NCBI GenBank assembly: GCA_964538375.1
Contig: CAZIFQ010000004.1
Coordinates: forward strand, 41,529 to 105,528
Length of the DNA stretch: 64,000 bases
Source: an uncultured Bacteroidaceae bacterium
GTDB taxonomy: Bacteria; Bacteroidota; Bacteroidia; Bacteroidales; GCA-2748055
Reading direction: 5' to 3'
Shown here: positions 21,564 to 31,828 of the stretch, piece by piece
How positions within the stretch are numbered: the stretch's first letter is position 1
How the letters are laid out: each line of letters starts with the position of its first letter
The notes under the pieces: generated by a model
The model's input: only the letters and a program-made list of their open reading frames with translations
What the model was told of the DNA's origin: nothing
Databases searched by the model: none
Position numbers and translations under genes: made by a program

Positions 21564-23405
21564 ATGTACGATATTCTTGAATTAAACAAAAAGCTTCTTC
21601 CTGAATTAAAAGAGATAGCTAAAGAACTAAAAGTCAAGAGGGTAGAGTCATTTCGTAAACAAGATTTAGTTTACAAAATTCTCGATACCCAGGCGATTGT
21701 AGCTTCTGAATCAAAGACAGTGAAGAAGAAGGAGTCATCTAGAAAAGAGCAAGAACCTGCGAAGAAGGAGATGACACCAAAAGAGAACAGGTCACAAGGT
21801 CCGCCAAAGCAAAAACGCAACAGGCCGCCGAGAAAAGATGAGATAGAAAAATCTCCTGACCGAAAACAAAATGAGCCTATTCCGGAAGGAAAAGGTGCAG
21901 AAGAAAAACCAAAAGATCAAAAAAGCGCGGATCATAAAAATGAGCAGCGTAAAGGTCAACGGGAACAAGGCAATAAAGGCAATCAAGCCAGCCAGCCAAA
22001 TAAAGGCAATCAAGCCAGCCAGTCAAATAAAGGTAATCAAGCCAGCCTGCCAAATAAAGGTAATCAAGCAAGTCAAGTTAACCAGGGCCATCAAGCTGGT
22101 CAAGGTAACTCAAGCAACCATGATAACCAGGGCAACCAGGCCAGAAAAAAGGATGATTATCAGAACAGAAGAAATCAGCAGCCGCAAGACCGAACTGGTG
22201 GAAAGAGGCCGTTTGATAGAAACGATCGGGGAGAACAGCCAAGGCATGAGAAGCAGGAACGCAGGATTGTGGATAAGTATGATTTTGAGGGTCTGATTAT
22301 CAATTCAGGTGTTCTGGAGATAATGCCTGATGGATATGGGTTCCTTCGTTCAGCAGATTATAATTACCTGAGTTCACCTGATGATATATATGTATCACAA
22401 AGTCAGATTAAATTATTTGGTTTGAAGACTGGTGATTATGTAAAAGGAGCTATTCGTCCTCCAAAAGAGGGGGAAAAGTATTTTCCACTGATTAAGGTCG
22501 AAGAAATCAATGGTCGTAGTCCCGATTATGTGCGTGACAGAGTGCCATTCGATTATCTTACACCATTGTTCCCAGACGAGAAATTTACGCTCGTTGGCAA
22601 GGGCGAGAATAATTTGTCTGTAAGGGTCGTAGATATGTTTGCTCCTATAGGTAAAGGTCAGCGTGGGCTGATCGTTGCCCAGCCAAAGACCGGTAAGACG
22701 GTTCTTTTAAAGGACATTGCCAATGCAATTGCAGCTAATCACCCTGAAGTATATATGATTGTTCTCCTCGTGGATGAACGTCCTGAAGAAGTAACTGACA
22801 TGGCAAGAAATGTAAATGCAGAAGTTATCTCGTCTACTTTTGATGAGCCGGCTGAGCGTCACGTTCGTATTGCCAGTATAGTGCTTGAAAAGGCTAAGCG
22901 TTTGGTTGAATGTGGTCATGATGTAATGATTCTTTTGGATTCTATCACACGTCTCGCAAGAGCATACAATACTGTATCTCCTGCTTCAGGTAAAGTACTT
23001 TCCGGTGGTGTGGATGCTAATGCACTCCATAAGCCAAAAAGATTTTTTGGTGCAGCCAGGAATATTGAGGGTGGAGGTTCACTTACCATTTTGGCAACTG
23101 CTCTTACGGAGACAGGATCGAAAATGGATGAGGTTATTTTTGAAGAATTTAAAGGTACAGGTAACATGGAACTTCAGCTTGATCGTAAGCTTTCCAATAA
23201 GCGTATTTATCCTGCTGTAGATGCTACTTTATCAAGTACACGTCGCGAAGACTTGCTGTTTGATAAGCCGATGATGGATAAGATCTGGATACTTAGAAAT
23301 TATCTTTCAGATATGAATTCTGTTGAATCAATGCAATTTCTGAGGGATCGCATGAACAAAACCAGATCAAATGAAGAATTCCTTATCTCAATGAATAGCG
23401 AGTAG
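21564..23405 (+). CDS. rho: transcription termination factor Rho with ~190-aa low-complexity insertion
   Basis: 613-aa ORF. Rho_N (aa 1-45), K/E/Q/N/P/G-rich insert, CSD-like RNA-binding domain, P-loop [18 protein letters not shown]. Confidence 0.95.
   Translation: MYDILELNKKLLPELKEIAKELKVKRVESFRKQDLVYKILDTQAIVASESKTVKKKESSRKEQEPAKKEMTPKENRSQGPPKQKRNRPPRKDEIEKSPDRKQNEPIPEGKGAEEKPKDQKSADHKNEQRKGQREQGNKGNQASQPNKGNQASQSNKGNQASLPNKGNQASQVNQGHQAGQGNSSNHDNQGNQARKKDDYQNRRNQQPQDRTGGKRPFDRNDRGEQPRHEKQERRIVDKYDFEGLIINSGVLEIMPDGYGFLRSADYNYLSSPDDIYVSQSQIKLFGLKTGDYVKGAIRPPKEGEKYFPLIKVEEINGRSPDYVRDRVPFDYLTPLFPDEKFTLVGKGENNLSVRVVDMFAPIGKGQRGLIVAQPKTGKTVLLKDIANAIAANHPEVYMIVLLVDERPEEVTDMARNVNAEVISSTFDEPAERHVRIASIVLEKAKRLVECGHDVMILLDSITRLARAYNTVSPASGKVLSGGVDANALHKPKRFFGAARNIEGGGSLTILATALTETGSKMDEVIFEEFKGTGNMELQLDRKLSNKRIYPAVDATLSSTRREDLLFDKPMMDKIWILRNYLSDMNSVESMQFLRDRMNKTRSNEEFLISMNSE
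21969..22076 (+). repeat. 27-bp x4 in-frame tandem repeat (xNKGNQASQ) within rho
   Basis: Units at 21969, 21996, 23 and 22050 differ by only a few substitutions (ggc/ggt, gcc agc/gca agt, one Q-to-L). Confidence 0.9.
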
Positions 23406-23430
23406 GAGATATTTAAAATAAGAGTTAAAA

Positions 23431-23460
23431 GGGCAATGCGTTAGTGTTGCTCTTTTTTTT
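23431..23460 (+). terminator. intrinsic terminator of rho
   Basis: GGGCAA...TTGCTC stem (one G-U pair) followed by T8. Confidence 0.6.
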
Positions 23461-23475
23461 GTATTAAATGGGATT

Positions 23476-23507
23476 TGTAGAGACGCGCCACGTGGCGGGT
23501 CTCTACA
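23476..23507. repeat. GC-rich palindromic element, copy 2 (near-perfect 32-nt palindrome)
   Basis: TGTAGAGACGCGCCACGTGGCGGGTCTCTACA gives a 15-bp stem with one mismatch, downstream of the rho terminator. Confidence 0.8.
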
Positions 23508-23672
23508 AATCTACAACCATTTAGCTCACTCAAGTCACTACTTATTTGTAATCAATTTATATTGTAAATTATTGGATAATATCCTGAACTATTACAGGTA
23601 AAAATTATAATTTTACTAGCCCTCTCTCAAATAAGTTAATTTATTGTAATCTAAATACTTAAGTTTTATAAA

Positions 23673-26600
23673 ATGGCAAAAAGTAAGAGTTATATCACTT
23701 GTGATGGCAACTATGCTGCCTCACATATTGCGTATATGTTCAGCGAGGTCGCTGCCATATACCCAATAACCCCCTCTTCCAACATGGCAGAGAATATTGA
23801 TGAGTGGTCAGCGAATGGTCGAAAAAATATTTTTGGTCAGACCGTTCAGGTGACAGAAATGCAATCAGAAGGTGGAGCATCCGGAGCAGTTCATGGCTCT
23901 TTGCAAGCCGGTGCATTAACATCAACATTTACAGCTTCCCAGGGATTGCTTCTAATGATCCCAAATATGTATAAAATCTCAGGTGAATTGTTGCCGGGTG
24001 TTTTCCATGTGTCAGCAAGAAGTCTTGCCGCACAGGCATTGTCAATTTTTGGTGACCATAGCGATGTAATGTCAGCTCGTCAAACTGGCTTTGCTTTTTT
24101 AGCTACAGGTAGTGTTCAGCAGGTAATGGACCTGGCTGGTATTGCCCACCTTGCTGCAATCAAAACAAGGATTCCTTTCGTTCACTTCTTTGACGGATTC
24201 AGGACATCACATGAGATTCAAAAGGTAGAAATATTGGAGAATGAAGATTTTGAAGGGATGATTGATATGGAAGCACTACAAGCATTCCGTGATAACGCCT
24301 TGAATCCTGAGCATCCTGTAACTCGTGGTACAGCACAGAATCCAGATATCTATTTCCAGTCACGAGAGGCTGCTAATAAATTCTATGATGTAGTACCTGA
24401 TGTTGTTGAAGAATACATGCAGGAGATTACTAAATTAACAGGTCGCGAGTACCACCCATTTACTTATTATGGTGCGCCGGATGCTGAAAACATTGTGATT
24501 GCAATGGGATCAATTACCGAGACTATCCAGGAAGTTGTTGATTACCTGATTGAGAAAGGTGAAAAAGTAGGTGTTATTTCTGTGCACCTTTACAGGCCAT
24601 TTTCTGCAAAATATTTCTTTAATGTTATTCCAAAAAGCGTTAAAAGGATTGCAGTACTTGACCGAACCAAAGAGCCGGGAGCAAATGGTGAGCCAATGTA
24701 TCTCGACGTAAGAGATTTATTTTATGGCAAGGAGAATGCACCAATAATAGTTGGTGGGCGTTATGGACTATCATCTAAGGATACTACTCCCTCAATGATG
24801 CAAGCCGTTTATGAGAACCTGAAACTGAATGAACCTAAAAATCAGTTCACTGTAGGTATAGTTGATGATGTAACCTTTAAGTCACTTCCTCTTCTTCCTG
24901 ATATCTCTGTGGTGAAAGAAGGTACATTTGAAGGTAAATTCTACGGACTCGGATCCGATGGTACTGTTGGTGCAAATAAGAACTCCATTAAGATTATTGG
25001 AGAATCAACCGATAAGTATTGCCAGGCATATTTTGCATATGATTCAAAGAAGTCCGGTGGAATAACAACCTCAAACCTTCGTTTTGGTGATAAGGAGATC
25101 AGGGCACCGTACCTTGTTGGTACACCTGATTTTGTTGCTTGTCACGTATCATCATATCTTGAAAAGTATGATATGCTAAAAGGATTGAAAGATGGAGGTG
25201 TCTTCCTGCTAAACTCAATTTGGGATGCAAAAGAGACAGGAAATCATTTGCCAGACTATATGAAAAAATATATGGCAGAACACAATATCAGTTTTTATAT
25301 CATCAATGCTACTAAACTGGCTCAGGAGATTGGTCTCGGTACCCGTACCAATACAATCATGCAGTCGGCTTTCTTTAAAATTGCTGATATTATTCCTTAT
25401 GACCAGGCAGTTGAAGAGATGAGAAAATTCATCGTTAAGAGCTTTGGAAGAAAAGGTGAAGAAGTCGTAAATATGAACTTTGCAGCCGTTGAAAAAGGTG
25501 GAGAGGTGACCAAAGTTGAGGTTCCTGCTGAATGGGCAAAATTAAGTAGCGATCCAATTGCAGCCAGAACTGATGTTCCTGATTTTATCAAAAATGTTTG
25601 TGATCCTATTAACGGATTGAAAGGTGATGATCTTCCGGTCAGTGCTTTTACAGGACGTGAAGATGGAACTTTCCCTGCCGGAACAACTGCATTTGAGAAA
25701 AGAGGTGTTGCAGTGAATGTACCTGAATGGCAATCAGAAAATTGCATTCAGTGTAACCAATGTTCATTTGTTTGTCCTCATGCTTGTATCCGTCCGTTTT
25801 TATTCGATGACAAAGAGCTTGCTGGTTTACCTGAAGGTGTTGCCACCATCGATTCTAAAGGTAAAGGTGTATCAGGAATGCAATTTAAGATACAGGTATC
25901 TGTACTCGACTGTACAGGTTGTGGAAACTGTGTTGATGTTTGTCCATCAAAAGAGAAGTCACTTGTGATGAAACCTTTGGAAACTCAATTGCAGGAAGCA
26001 GAAACATGGGATCATATTGTTAAGAATGTTACTTATAAAGATACCCTTGCTGATAAAAAGCAAACTGTGAAAAATAGTCAGTTCGCTCAACCATTGTTTG
26101 AGTTCCATGGAGCTTGTGCAGGTTGCGGTGAAACACCTTATATTAAACTGATTACCCAATTATTTGGAGATCAAATGATTGTGTCTAACGCAACAGGTTG
26201 TTCATCTATTTATGGAGGATCTGCTCCGTCAACACCGTATTGTACCAATGCCGAAGGACAAGGTCCTGCCTGGGCAAATTCATTATTTGAAGACAATGCA
26301 GAATATGGATTGGGATTAGCAATCGGTGTTAATAAAAACCGAGAGCGTATCGCAAACATGATGTTGGAAGCAAAAGACAAAGTAAATAAGGCAACTGCTG
26401 AGGCATTTGATGCCTGGATAGCTTCCATGACTGAGCTTGATGCTTCAAAAGAAGCAACTGCTGCACTTCTTCCTATATTAGATAAAGAGGAAAATGATGT
26501 TGCTAAAGCGATCCTGGGTATGAAACAATACCTTGTTAAGAAGTCATTATGGATATTTGGTGGTGACGGATGGGCATATGATATTGGATATGGCGGACTA

Positions 26601-27209
26601 GACCACGTGCTGGCTTCAGGTGAAGATGTAAACGTCCTGGTTTTGGATACTGAGGTATATTCAAATACCGGTGGACAAGCGTCTAAAGCAACACCAGTTG
26701 GTGCTGTTGCGAAATTTGCTGCTTCAGGAAAGAAGATCAGGAAGAAAGACCTTGGCGTTATGGCCATGTCATACGGATATGTATATGTTGCACAGGTTTC
26801 TATTGGTGCAAGCCAATCACAGTACTTAAAAGCTGTACGAGAGGCTGAAGCTTACAAAGGTCCATCAATGATTATTGCCTATTCACCTTGTATCAACCAC
26901 GGTTTGAAATATGGAATGGGTAAATCACAAGCCCAGGGTAAATTCGCAGTTGAGTCAGGATACTGGCACACATATCGCTACAACCCTGTTTTGGAAACAG
27001 AAGGAAAGAATCCGTTTATACTTGACTCCAAGGAGCCACAATGGGATCAGTTCCAGAACTTCCTGAAATCAGAGGTACGTTATACCTCACTTCAGAAATC
27101 ATTCCCCGCGGAAGCAGCTAAGCTGTTTAAAGCAGCAGAAGAGAATGCGAAGTGGCGATATAACAGCTATGTAAGAATGGCAAGTCTTGATTATTCAAAG
27201 ACTGAATAA
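23673..27209 (+). CDS. nifJ: pyruvate:ferredoxin (flavodoxin) oxidoreductase
   Basis: 1178-aa ORF. Ferredoxin motifs CIQCNQCSFVCPH and CTGCGNCVDVCP, TPP motif GGDGWAYDIGYGG. Confidence 0.95.
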   Translation: MAKSKSYITCDGNYAASHIAYMFSEVAAIYPITPSSNMAENIDEWSANGRKNIFGQTVQVTEMQSEGGASGAVHGSLQAGALTSTFTASQGLLLMIPNMYKISGELLPGVFHVSARSLAAQALSIFGDHSDVMSARQTGFAFLATGSVQQVMDLAGIAHLAAIKTRIPFVHFFDGFRTSHEIQKVEILENEDFEGMIDMEALQAFRDNALNPEHPVTRGTAQNPDIYFQSREAANKFYDVVPDVVEEYMQEITKLTGREYHPFTYYGAPDAENIVIAMGSITETIQEVVDYLIEKGEKVGVISVHLYRPFSAKYFFNVIPKSVKRIAVLDRTKEPGANGEPMYLDVRDLFYGKENAPIIVGGRYGLSSKDTTPSMMQAVYENLKLNEPKNQFTVGIVDDVTFKSLPLLPDISVVKEGTFEGKFYGLGSDGTVGANKNSIKIIGESTDKYCQAYFAYDSKKSGGITTSNLRFGDKEIRAPYLVGTPDFVACHVSSYLEKYDMLKGLKDGGVFLLNSIWDAKETGNHLPDYMKKYMAEHNISFYIINATKLAQEIGLGTRTNTIMQSAFFKIADIIPYDQAVEEMRKFIVKSFGRKGEEVVNMNFAAVEKGGEVTKVEVPAEWAKLSSDPIAARTDVPDFIKNVCDPINGLKGDDLPVSAFTGREDGTFPAGTTAFEKRGVAVNVPEWQSENCIQCNQCSFVCPHACIRPFLFDDKELAGLPEGVATIDSKGKGVSGMQFKIQVSVLDCTGCGNCVDVCPSKEKSLVMKPLETQLQEAETWDHIVKNVTYKDTLADKKQTVKNSQFAQPLFEFHGACAGCGETPYIKLITQLFGDQMIVSNATGCSSIYGGSAPSTPYCTNAEGQGPAWANSLFEDNAEYGLGLAIGVNKNRERIANMMLEAKDKVNKATAEAFDAWIASMTELDASKEATAALLPILDKEENDVAKAILGMKQYLVKKSLWIFGGDGWAYDIGYGGLDHVLASGEDVNVLVLDTEVYSNTGGQASKATPVGAVAKFAASGKKIRKKDLGVMAMSYGYVYVAQVSIGASQSQYLKAVREAEAYKGPSMIIAYSPCINHGLKYGMGKSQAQGKFAVESGYWHTYRYNPVLETEGKNPFILDSKEPQWDQFQNFLKSEVRYTSLQKSFPAEAAKLFKAAEENAKWRYNSYVRMASLDYSKTE

Positions 27210-27230
27210 GACCATTTATGGATTAGATAT

Positions 27231-27261
27231 AAAAACCGTCTCTATTGAGGCGGTTTTTTTT
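27231..27261 (+). terminator. intrinsic terminator of nifJ
   Basis: CCGTCTC-TATT-GAGGCGG hairpin flanked by A5 and T8. Confidence 0.8.
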
Positions 27262-27272
27262 ATTATAATTGT

Positions 27273-27280
27273 TAATTTTG
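27273..27280 (+). promoter_or_regulatory. candidate -7 promoter box TAatTTTG
   Basis: Perfect TAnnTTTG, 17 nt upstream of the ruvX TTG start. Confidence 0.45.
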
Positions 27281-27296
27281 CATCAAAGATTTTAAC

Positions 27297-27722
27297 TTGG
27301 GCAGATACCTATCTATCGATTATGGAACTAAACGCTGTGGAATAGCAGTTACAGATCCATTGAAAATGATTGCCAGTGGAATAGATACTGTAGCTTCACA
27401 TGAGCTGATGAAGTTCCTGGAATCGTATTTCAAAAAAGAAGATGTGGAGTGTGTTGTTGTTGGAAAGCCTTTGCAGATGGATGATACGCCTAGTGAGTCA
27501 TTTATACATGTAGACAGATTCGTTCAGGCCTTCAAGAAGCGATTCCCGGATATGCGGGTGGAATGGATGGATGAAAGGTTTAGCTCAAAAATGGCAGTGC
27601 AAGCAATGATTGATGGAGGAATGAAGTTGAAAGACAGGAAAAAGAAAGAGAATATCGATAAGATCAGTGCAGCAATTATTCTACAATCTTTTTTAGAAGA
27701 AGAAAACAATAACAAAGTTTGA
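27297..27722 (+). CDS. ruvX: Holliday junction resolvase-like RuvX (YqgF)
   Basis: 141-aa ORF with a TTG start. IDYGTKRCGIAVTD motif. Confidence 0.85.
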   Translation: MGRYLSIDYGTKRCGIAVTDPLKMIASGIDTVASHELMKFLESYFKKEDVECVVVGKPLQMDDTPSESFIHVDRFVQAFKKRFPDMRVEWMDERFSSKMAVQAMIDGGMKLKDRKKKENIDKISAAIILQSFLEEENNNKV

Positions 27723-27798
27723 CTGTTACATAGTTATATTTATCTAAGTGGCTAGTCACTTATCAGGTATTGACATTTAATTTTTTAAAATTTTTATA

Positions 27799-28365
27799 AT
27801 GATACTTCCGGTTTATGTATATGGTATGTCTGTGTTAAGAAAAGTTGCACAGGAGATTGATGAGAATTATGAAGGTCTTGATCAGTTGATTGAGGATATG
27901 TTTGATACCATGCGCGTAAGTGATGGTGTTGGATTGGCAGCACCACAGATTGGTAGATCGATCAGACTATTTATGGTGGATGCATCACAAATGGAAGATA
28001 TTGACGATGAACCTGATATACAGTCGTTTAAAAAAGTATTTATCAACCCTTATATCGTTGATAAACAAGGAGATAAATGGGCTTTTACTGAGGGGTGCCT
28101 GAGTATTCCCAATATACATGAGGATGTAATGCGTCCTTCAATAGTAAAGATCGAGTATTATGACAGGAACTGGGAGTTTCATGAAGAAGAATATGATGGT
28201 GTAAAAGCGAGAATCATTCAGCATGAGTATGACCACCTGAACGGCAGACTATTTGTTGACAGGATCAATCCTCTAAGAAGGAAATTGCTTGCACCAAGAT
28301 TGTATGCTATCTCAAAAGGAAATGTGGATACTGACTACAAGATTATCTTTCCAAAGAAGAAATAA
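27799..28365 (+). CDS. def: peptide deformylase
   Basis: 188-aa ORF. GVGLAAPQIG, EGCLS, QHEYDHLNG motifs. Confidence 0.93.
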   Translation: MILPVYVYGMSVLRKVAQEIDENYEGLDQLIEDMFDTMRVSDGVGLAAPQIGRSIRLFMVDASQMEDIDDEPDIQSFKKVFINPYIVDKQGDKWAFTEGCLSIPNIHEDVMRPSIVKIEYYDRNWEFHEEEYDGVKARIIQHEYDHLNGRLFVDRINPLRRKLLAPRLYAISKGNVDTDYKIIFPKKK

Positions 28366-28399
28366 AAAAAACCGGCTGAATTTCTTCTTCCGGTTTTTC
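28366..28399. terminator. A/T-flanked hairpin between convergent def and DHOD-like gene
   Basis: AAAAAACCGG...CCGGTTTTT. Weak 4-bp GC core extended by A-U pairs, with a 14-nt loop. Confidence 0.45.
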
Positions 28400-28428
28400 T
28401 GTATTCTTGATCTAACTAATCTCTGGTC

Positions 28429-29436
28429 TTAGACTATCGGATTAAAATATTCTTCAGACTTCAAAATCATATCAATATACTGAGCCCGTTTGTATACAAA
28501 TGGGTCATTTATTGCTTTGCTTGAAAGACTTCCCTGGAAATCTTTTATTTCTTTATATCCTTTTCTGTCCATCCACTCTTCAAGTTCTTTCAGCATTGCT
28601 GTAATATGGTTCACTCCGTTATGATAGAAAGTGGAAACAGCTTCAACACTGTTTGCTCCGGCCAGGATCATTTTTACGATATCCGTTCCTTCATAAACAC
28701 CATTGTTGGCACTTATCGAAGCTTTGATATTGTCATACAGCAATCCAATATAACGGATTGAAAGTCTGTGATCTCCCGGTGTACTTAAGTTCCATGGTGA
28801 AGCATGCTTTTCTGCCTCCACATCGATATCCGGTTCAAAAAGTCGATTGAAAAGAACAACGCCATCAGCACCTGCTTTATCAAAATCTGATATCGTTTTT
28901 AAAACGTTTGTATAAAATGGACTAAGCTTTACGCTTACCGGTATTTTTACTGCACTCTTCACTGCCTTCAGAACTTCAACCTGGTGGGCAGATATGTCTA
29001 TACATGATTTGCTAAAATCTCTGGGTACAGAAAAGAAATTCAATTCAAGCCCATCAACACCTGTCTCTTCGACCTGCTTTGCATAATCGACCCAGCTCTC
29101 TTTGTAAACTGCATTGATACTTGCAAAAAGTGGTACGGATACACTCTCTTTTGCTTGTCTTAAGTTAAATAAATGCTCTTTTGGACCGCCATGCTCTATG
29201 TTTGGAAATAGGTTGATCATTTCAGCATTTCTCTCATCGTAAGCCTCCATTTCATTGCCCATCTGGTAGTCTTCCAATTGCATTTGCTCCTCGAAAAGAG
29301 ATTTGTATACAATTGCAGCTACACCTGCATCTTCGGCTTTTTTTAGATTATCAAGATTTGTGACGAGATTGCTTGCGCCCAGAATCAATGGGTTCTTAAG
29401 AGCGACTCCCATGTGTTGCGTAGTTAAATTTGCCAT
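28429..29436 (-). CDS. dihydroorotate dehydrogenase-like TIM-barrel flavoprotein
   Basis: 335-aa ORF. Resembles class-1 DHOD/DHPD-like proteins; exact activity not assignable. Confidence 0.65.
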   Translation of the reverse strand: MANLTTQHMGVALKNPLILGASNLVTNLDNLKKAEDAGVAAIVYKSLFEEQMQLEDYQMGNEMEAYDERNAEMINLFPNIEHGGPKEHLFNLRQAKESVSVPLFASINAVYKESWVDYAKQVEETGVDGLELNFFSVPRDFSKSCIDISAHQVEVLKAVKSAVKIPVSVKLSPFYTNVLKTISDFDKAGADGVVLFNRLFEPDIDVEAEKHASPWNLSTPGDHRLSIRYIGLLYDNIKASISANNGVYEGTDIVKMILAGANSVEAVSTFYHNGVNHITAMLKELEEWMDRKGYKEIKDFQGSLSSKAINDPFVYKRAQYIDMILKSEEYFNPIV

Positions 29437-29560
29437 TTTATTAAGGGTTTTTATTCGTTTCAGTTTATCTATAAACCTATTATCCCGGTAAAAAGTTCAA
29501 AATTTACTCATAAATCTGCGATAATTTATCAAAATACGACATTAAGAGATAAAAACGAAA

Positions 29561-31681
29561 TTGAACAAATTTATTAGAGATCTTAGACGAGTTCCGGTAA
29601 TACGAATCCTGTTTCCTTATATAATAGGAATACTGCTTGAGAAAATCTTTCAGCTGAGATTTTTTCCGGATGTGCTATTTATTGCTTCGCTACTTCTTTT
29701 TGTTCTTGCTTTTGGCCTTAGACGTATAAAGGGCAGAAAGTCATTCCAAAGTGGGAGGATGTTTTCTCTTGCATACTTTATCTTGTTTGTTGGGTTCGGG
29801 ATTTTAAATCTCAGGGCTACAATTAGCAGTCCCCCGAATTTGGAGCATGGGGATTCATGCTTTGTTACCGGTTTCCTTACTTCAGATCCCCGGGAGAAAG
29901 AGAAAGTCTATTCTGTTACCATGGAAACGGAGCGGATAAGGATCCATGATTCACTCATTACAGGTAAACAAAATCTTGTACTCTATTTTAAGAAAGATTC
30001 TCTATTCCCTGTGATGCTTGCTGGTGAGAAATGGGTCTTTGGTGGAACACTTCAGGAAATCAAAAACAATGGGAATCCGGGTGAGTTTGATTTTGCTGAT
30101 TACATGCATAGAAGGAATTATTGGAGCACAATGTTTGTAGAAGACCGTGTTCATGCTAAATTACCTGGGACATCAGGAAATCAAATCAAATATCTGCCTC
30201 ATAGAATCTCTCGTAAGATTAGGCAGGGATGGAGCACAGATGATCCCGATCTGGCTATCTTATGTGCAATTACACTTGGAGACAAGAGCATGCTTAGCCA
30301 GGATACCAGGAAAGCTTTTTCCGGCTCAGGAGCCATGCACCTGCTTGCTGTTTCAGGATTGCATGTGGGAATGATATGGTGGATACTCGATCTCTTGATT
30401 GCTTTTCCAAAGCGAAAGCGCCTTTTCAGAGTCTTAAAGGTGCTGACTATCCTGGGAATTCTCTGGATCTACGCCGGGATTACCGGTTTTTCAGATTCCG
30501 TAACCCGTTCCGTGACTATGTTTTCATTGGTGTCTGTGGCAAGAGCCATCAGCAGAAACAGCAATATTTTCAATACTTTATTTTTGTCTGCCTTTTTACT
30601 CCTTATCCTGAAGCCGGTGCGTCTTTTTGAGCCGGGTTTTCAGCTCTCATATCTTGCAGTTTTCGGCATTGTGATCATTCATCCTTTGCTTGCAGGCATA
30701 TTCAAAGTGGAAAATAAGCTCCTAAAAAGAATCACCGATCTAATCTTTGTTAGTATCGCGGCACAACTGTCAACCCTGCCTTTATCATTACTCTTTTTTA
30801 ACCTTTTCCCGGTATATTTTATTCTGACAAACCTCTTTGCTATCCCAATTGTCAGCATTCTTTTGGGGTTGTTTGTTTTGTTTACTCCTATGTTCCTGCT
30901 CAACTTTCATCCCGAATTTTTCTATATGATCCTTTTGAAGATTACTCATTTACTGAACGAGGGTATAGGTCTCATTTCTTCTTTACCTGGATCGGTAGTT
31001 GAGAATATCCCGATGAATTCAGTAACAGCTGTGCTTTTGATTGTACTGCTCTTTTCTGCCACAGCTTTTGTAGTGTACAAAAGGATTAACTGGGCCCTGA
31101 TCTCATTTTCTGCCCTTGTGCTCGTAATACTATTCTCAGCTTTTATTCGCATGCCTGCTCAGGATGGAAATGGCATCAGTGTATATAATTTTAAAGATTG
31201 TACTGCTATATCGTTTTGTCAGAGAGGAAAGCAGAACACTTACCTTATTTATAATGATGAAAAACCCTCTTCATTTGTTTATGAGTATTTAAACTCCCCG
31301 AAGGTAATTCGATTACAATCAGCAGAATATCAGTTGTTTGAGATAGCGACCGATGTTAGTTATTCAGTTGATTTTGAGGGTCTCACATGGCTTTGTCACG
31401 GGGCGTGGGGAATTTCTGAAGGTGGATTGCGCATACTTGTATGCGGGAGTTGTGAAAAAAGTGATTTTGGAGAAATCTTGCATGGGATCGATTGGGATAT
31501 AATTGTCTTCAGAAGAGGAATCCCATTTCTAAAGAAAGAGGTATTTGAAGCTGACGAGCATCCTGTTTATATTGCTGATGGAACCCTGAGAAACTATGAG
31601 CTGACTCGCTTGAGAGATATATTACCAGGACTTTATTGCACTGCCACAGAAGGAGCATGGTTGTATGATTTTTCAGAGTAA
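29561..31681 (+). CDS. comEC: ComEC/Rec2 family competence membrane protein
   Basis: 706-aa ORF with a TTG start. Polytopic, with competence-domain motif AMHLLAVSGLHVG. No HxHxDH metallo-beta-lactamase motif seen. Confidence 0.8.
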   Translation: MNKFIRDLRRVPVIRILFPYIIGILLEKIFQLRFFPDVLFIASLLLFVLAFGLRRIKGRKSFQSGRMFSLAYFILFVGFGILNLRATISSPPNLEHGDSCFVTGFLTSDPREKEKVYSVTMETERIRIHDSLITGKQNLVLYFKKDSLFPVMLAGEKWVFGGTLQEIKNNGNPGEFDFADYMHRRNYWSTMFVEDRVHAKLPGTSGNQIKYLPHRISRKIRQGWSTDDPDLAILCAITLGDKSMLSQDTRKAFSGSGAMHLLAVSGLHVGMIWWILDLLIAFPKRKRLFRVLKVLTILGILWIYAGITGFSDSVTRSVTMFSLVSVARAISRNSNIFNTLFLSAFLLLILKPVRLFEPGFQLSYLAVFGIVIIHPLLAGIFKVENKLLKRITDLIFVSIAAQLSTLPLSLLFFNLFPVYFILTNLFAIPIVSILLGLFVLFTPMFLLNFHPEFFYMILLKITHLLNEGIGLISSLPGSVVENIPMNSVTAVLLIVLLFSATAFVVYKRINWALISFSALVLVILFSAFIRMPAQDGNGISVYNFKDCTAISFCQRGKQNTYLIYNDEKPSSFVYEYLNSPKVIRLQSAEYQLFEIATDVSYSVDFEGLTWLCHGAWGISEGGLRILVCGSCEKSDFGEILHGIDWDIIVFRRGIPFLKKEVFEADEHPVYIADGTLRNYELTRLRDILPGLYCTATEGAWLYDFSE

Positions 31682-31828
31682 ATGGTGGATATATATAGAG
31701 TATAACTACTGTCTTTCTGTGCTGATTTAATCTTTGAGTTCACAATCTCTAATAAAAAAACAGAAAAGCTTTGGTCAAATTGGAAGATTATCTGTTATTT
31801 TGCCAATTCATTCTACGCATATCAGAAT

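Noticed and set aside
21871-22296. 141-aa alternative-frame ORF (and minus-strand ORFs 21792-22071) within the rho insertion
   Set aside because: These are artefacts of the stop-poor repetitive A/G-rich insert. The rho frame is continuous from Rho_N to the ATPase domain.
26210-26767. 185-aa minus-strand ORF inside nifJ
   Set aside because: It is antisense to the well-supported PFOR gene, has low-complexity A/S/P-rich composition, and has no independent signals.
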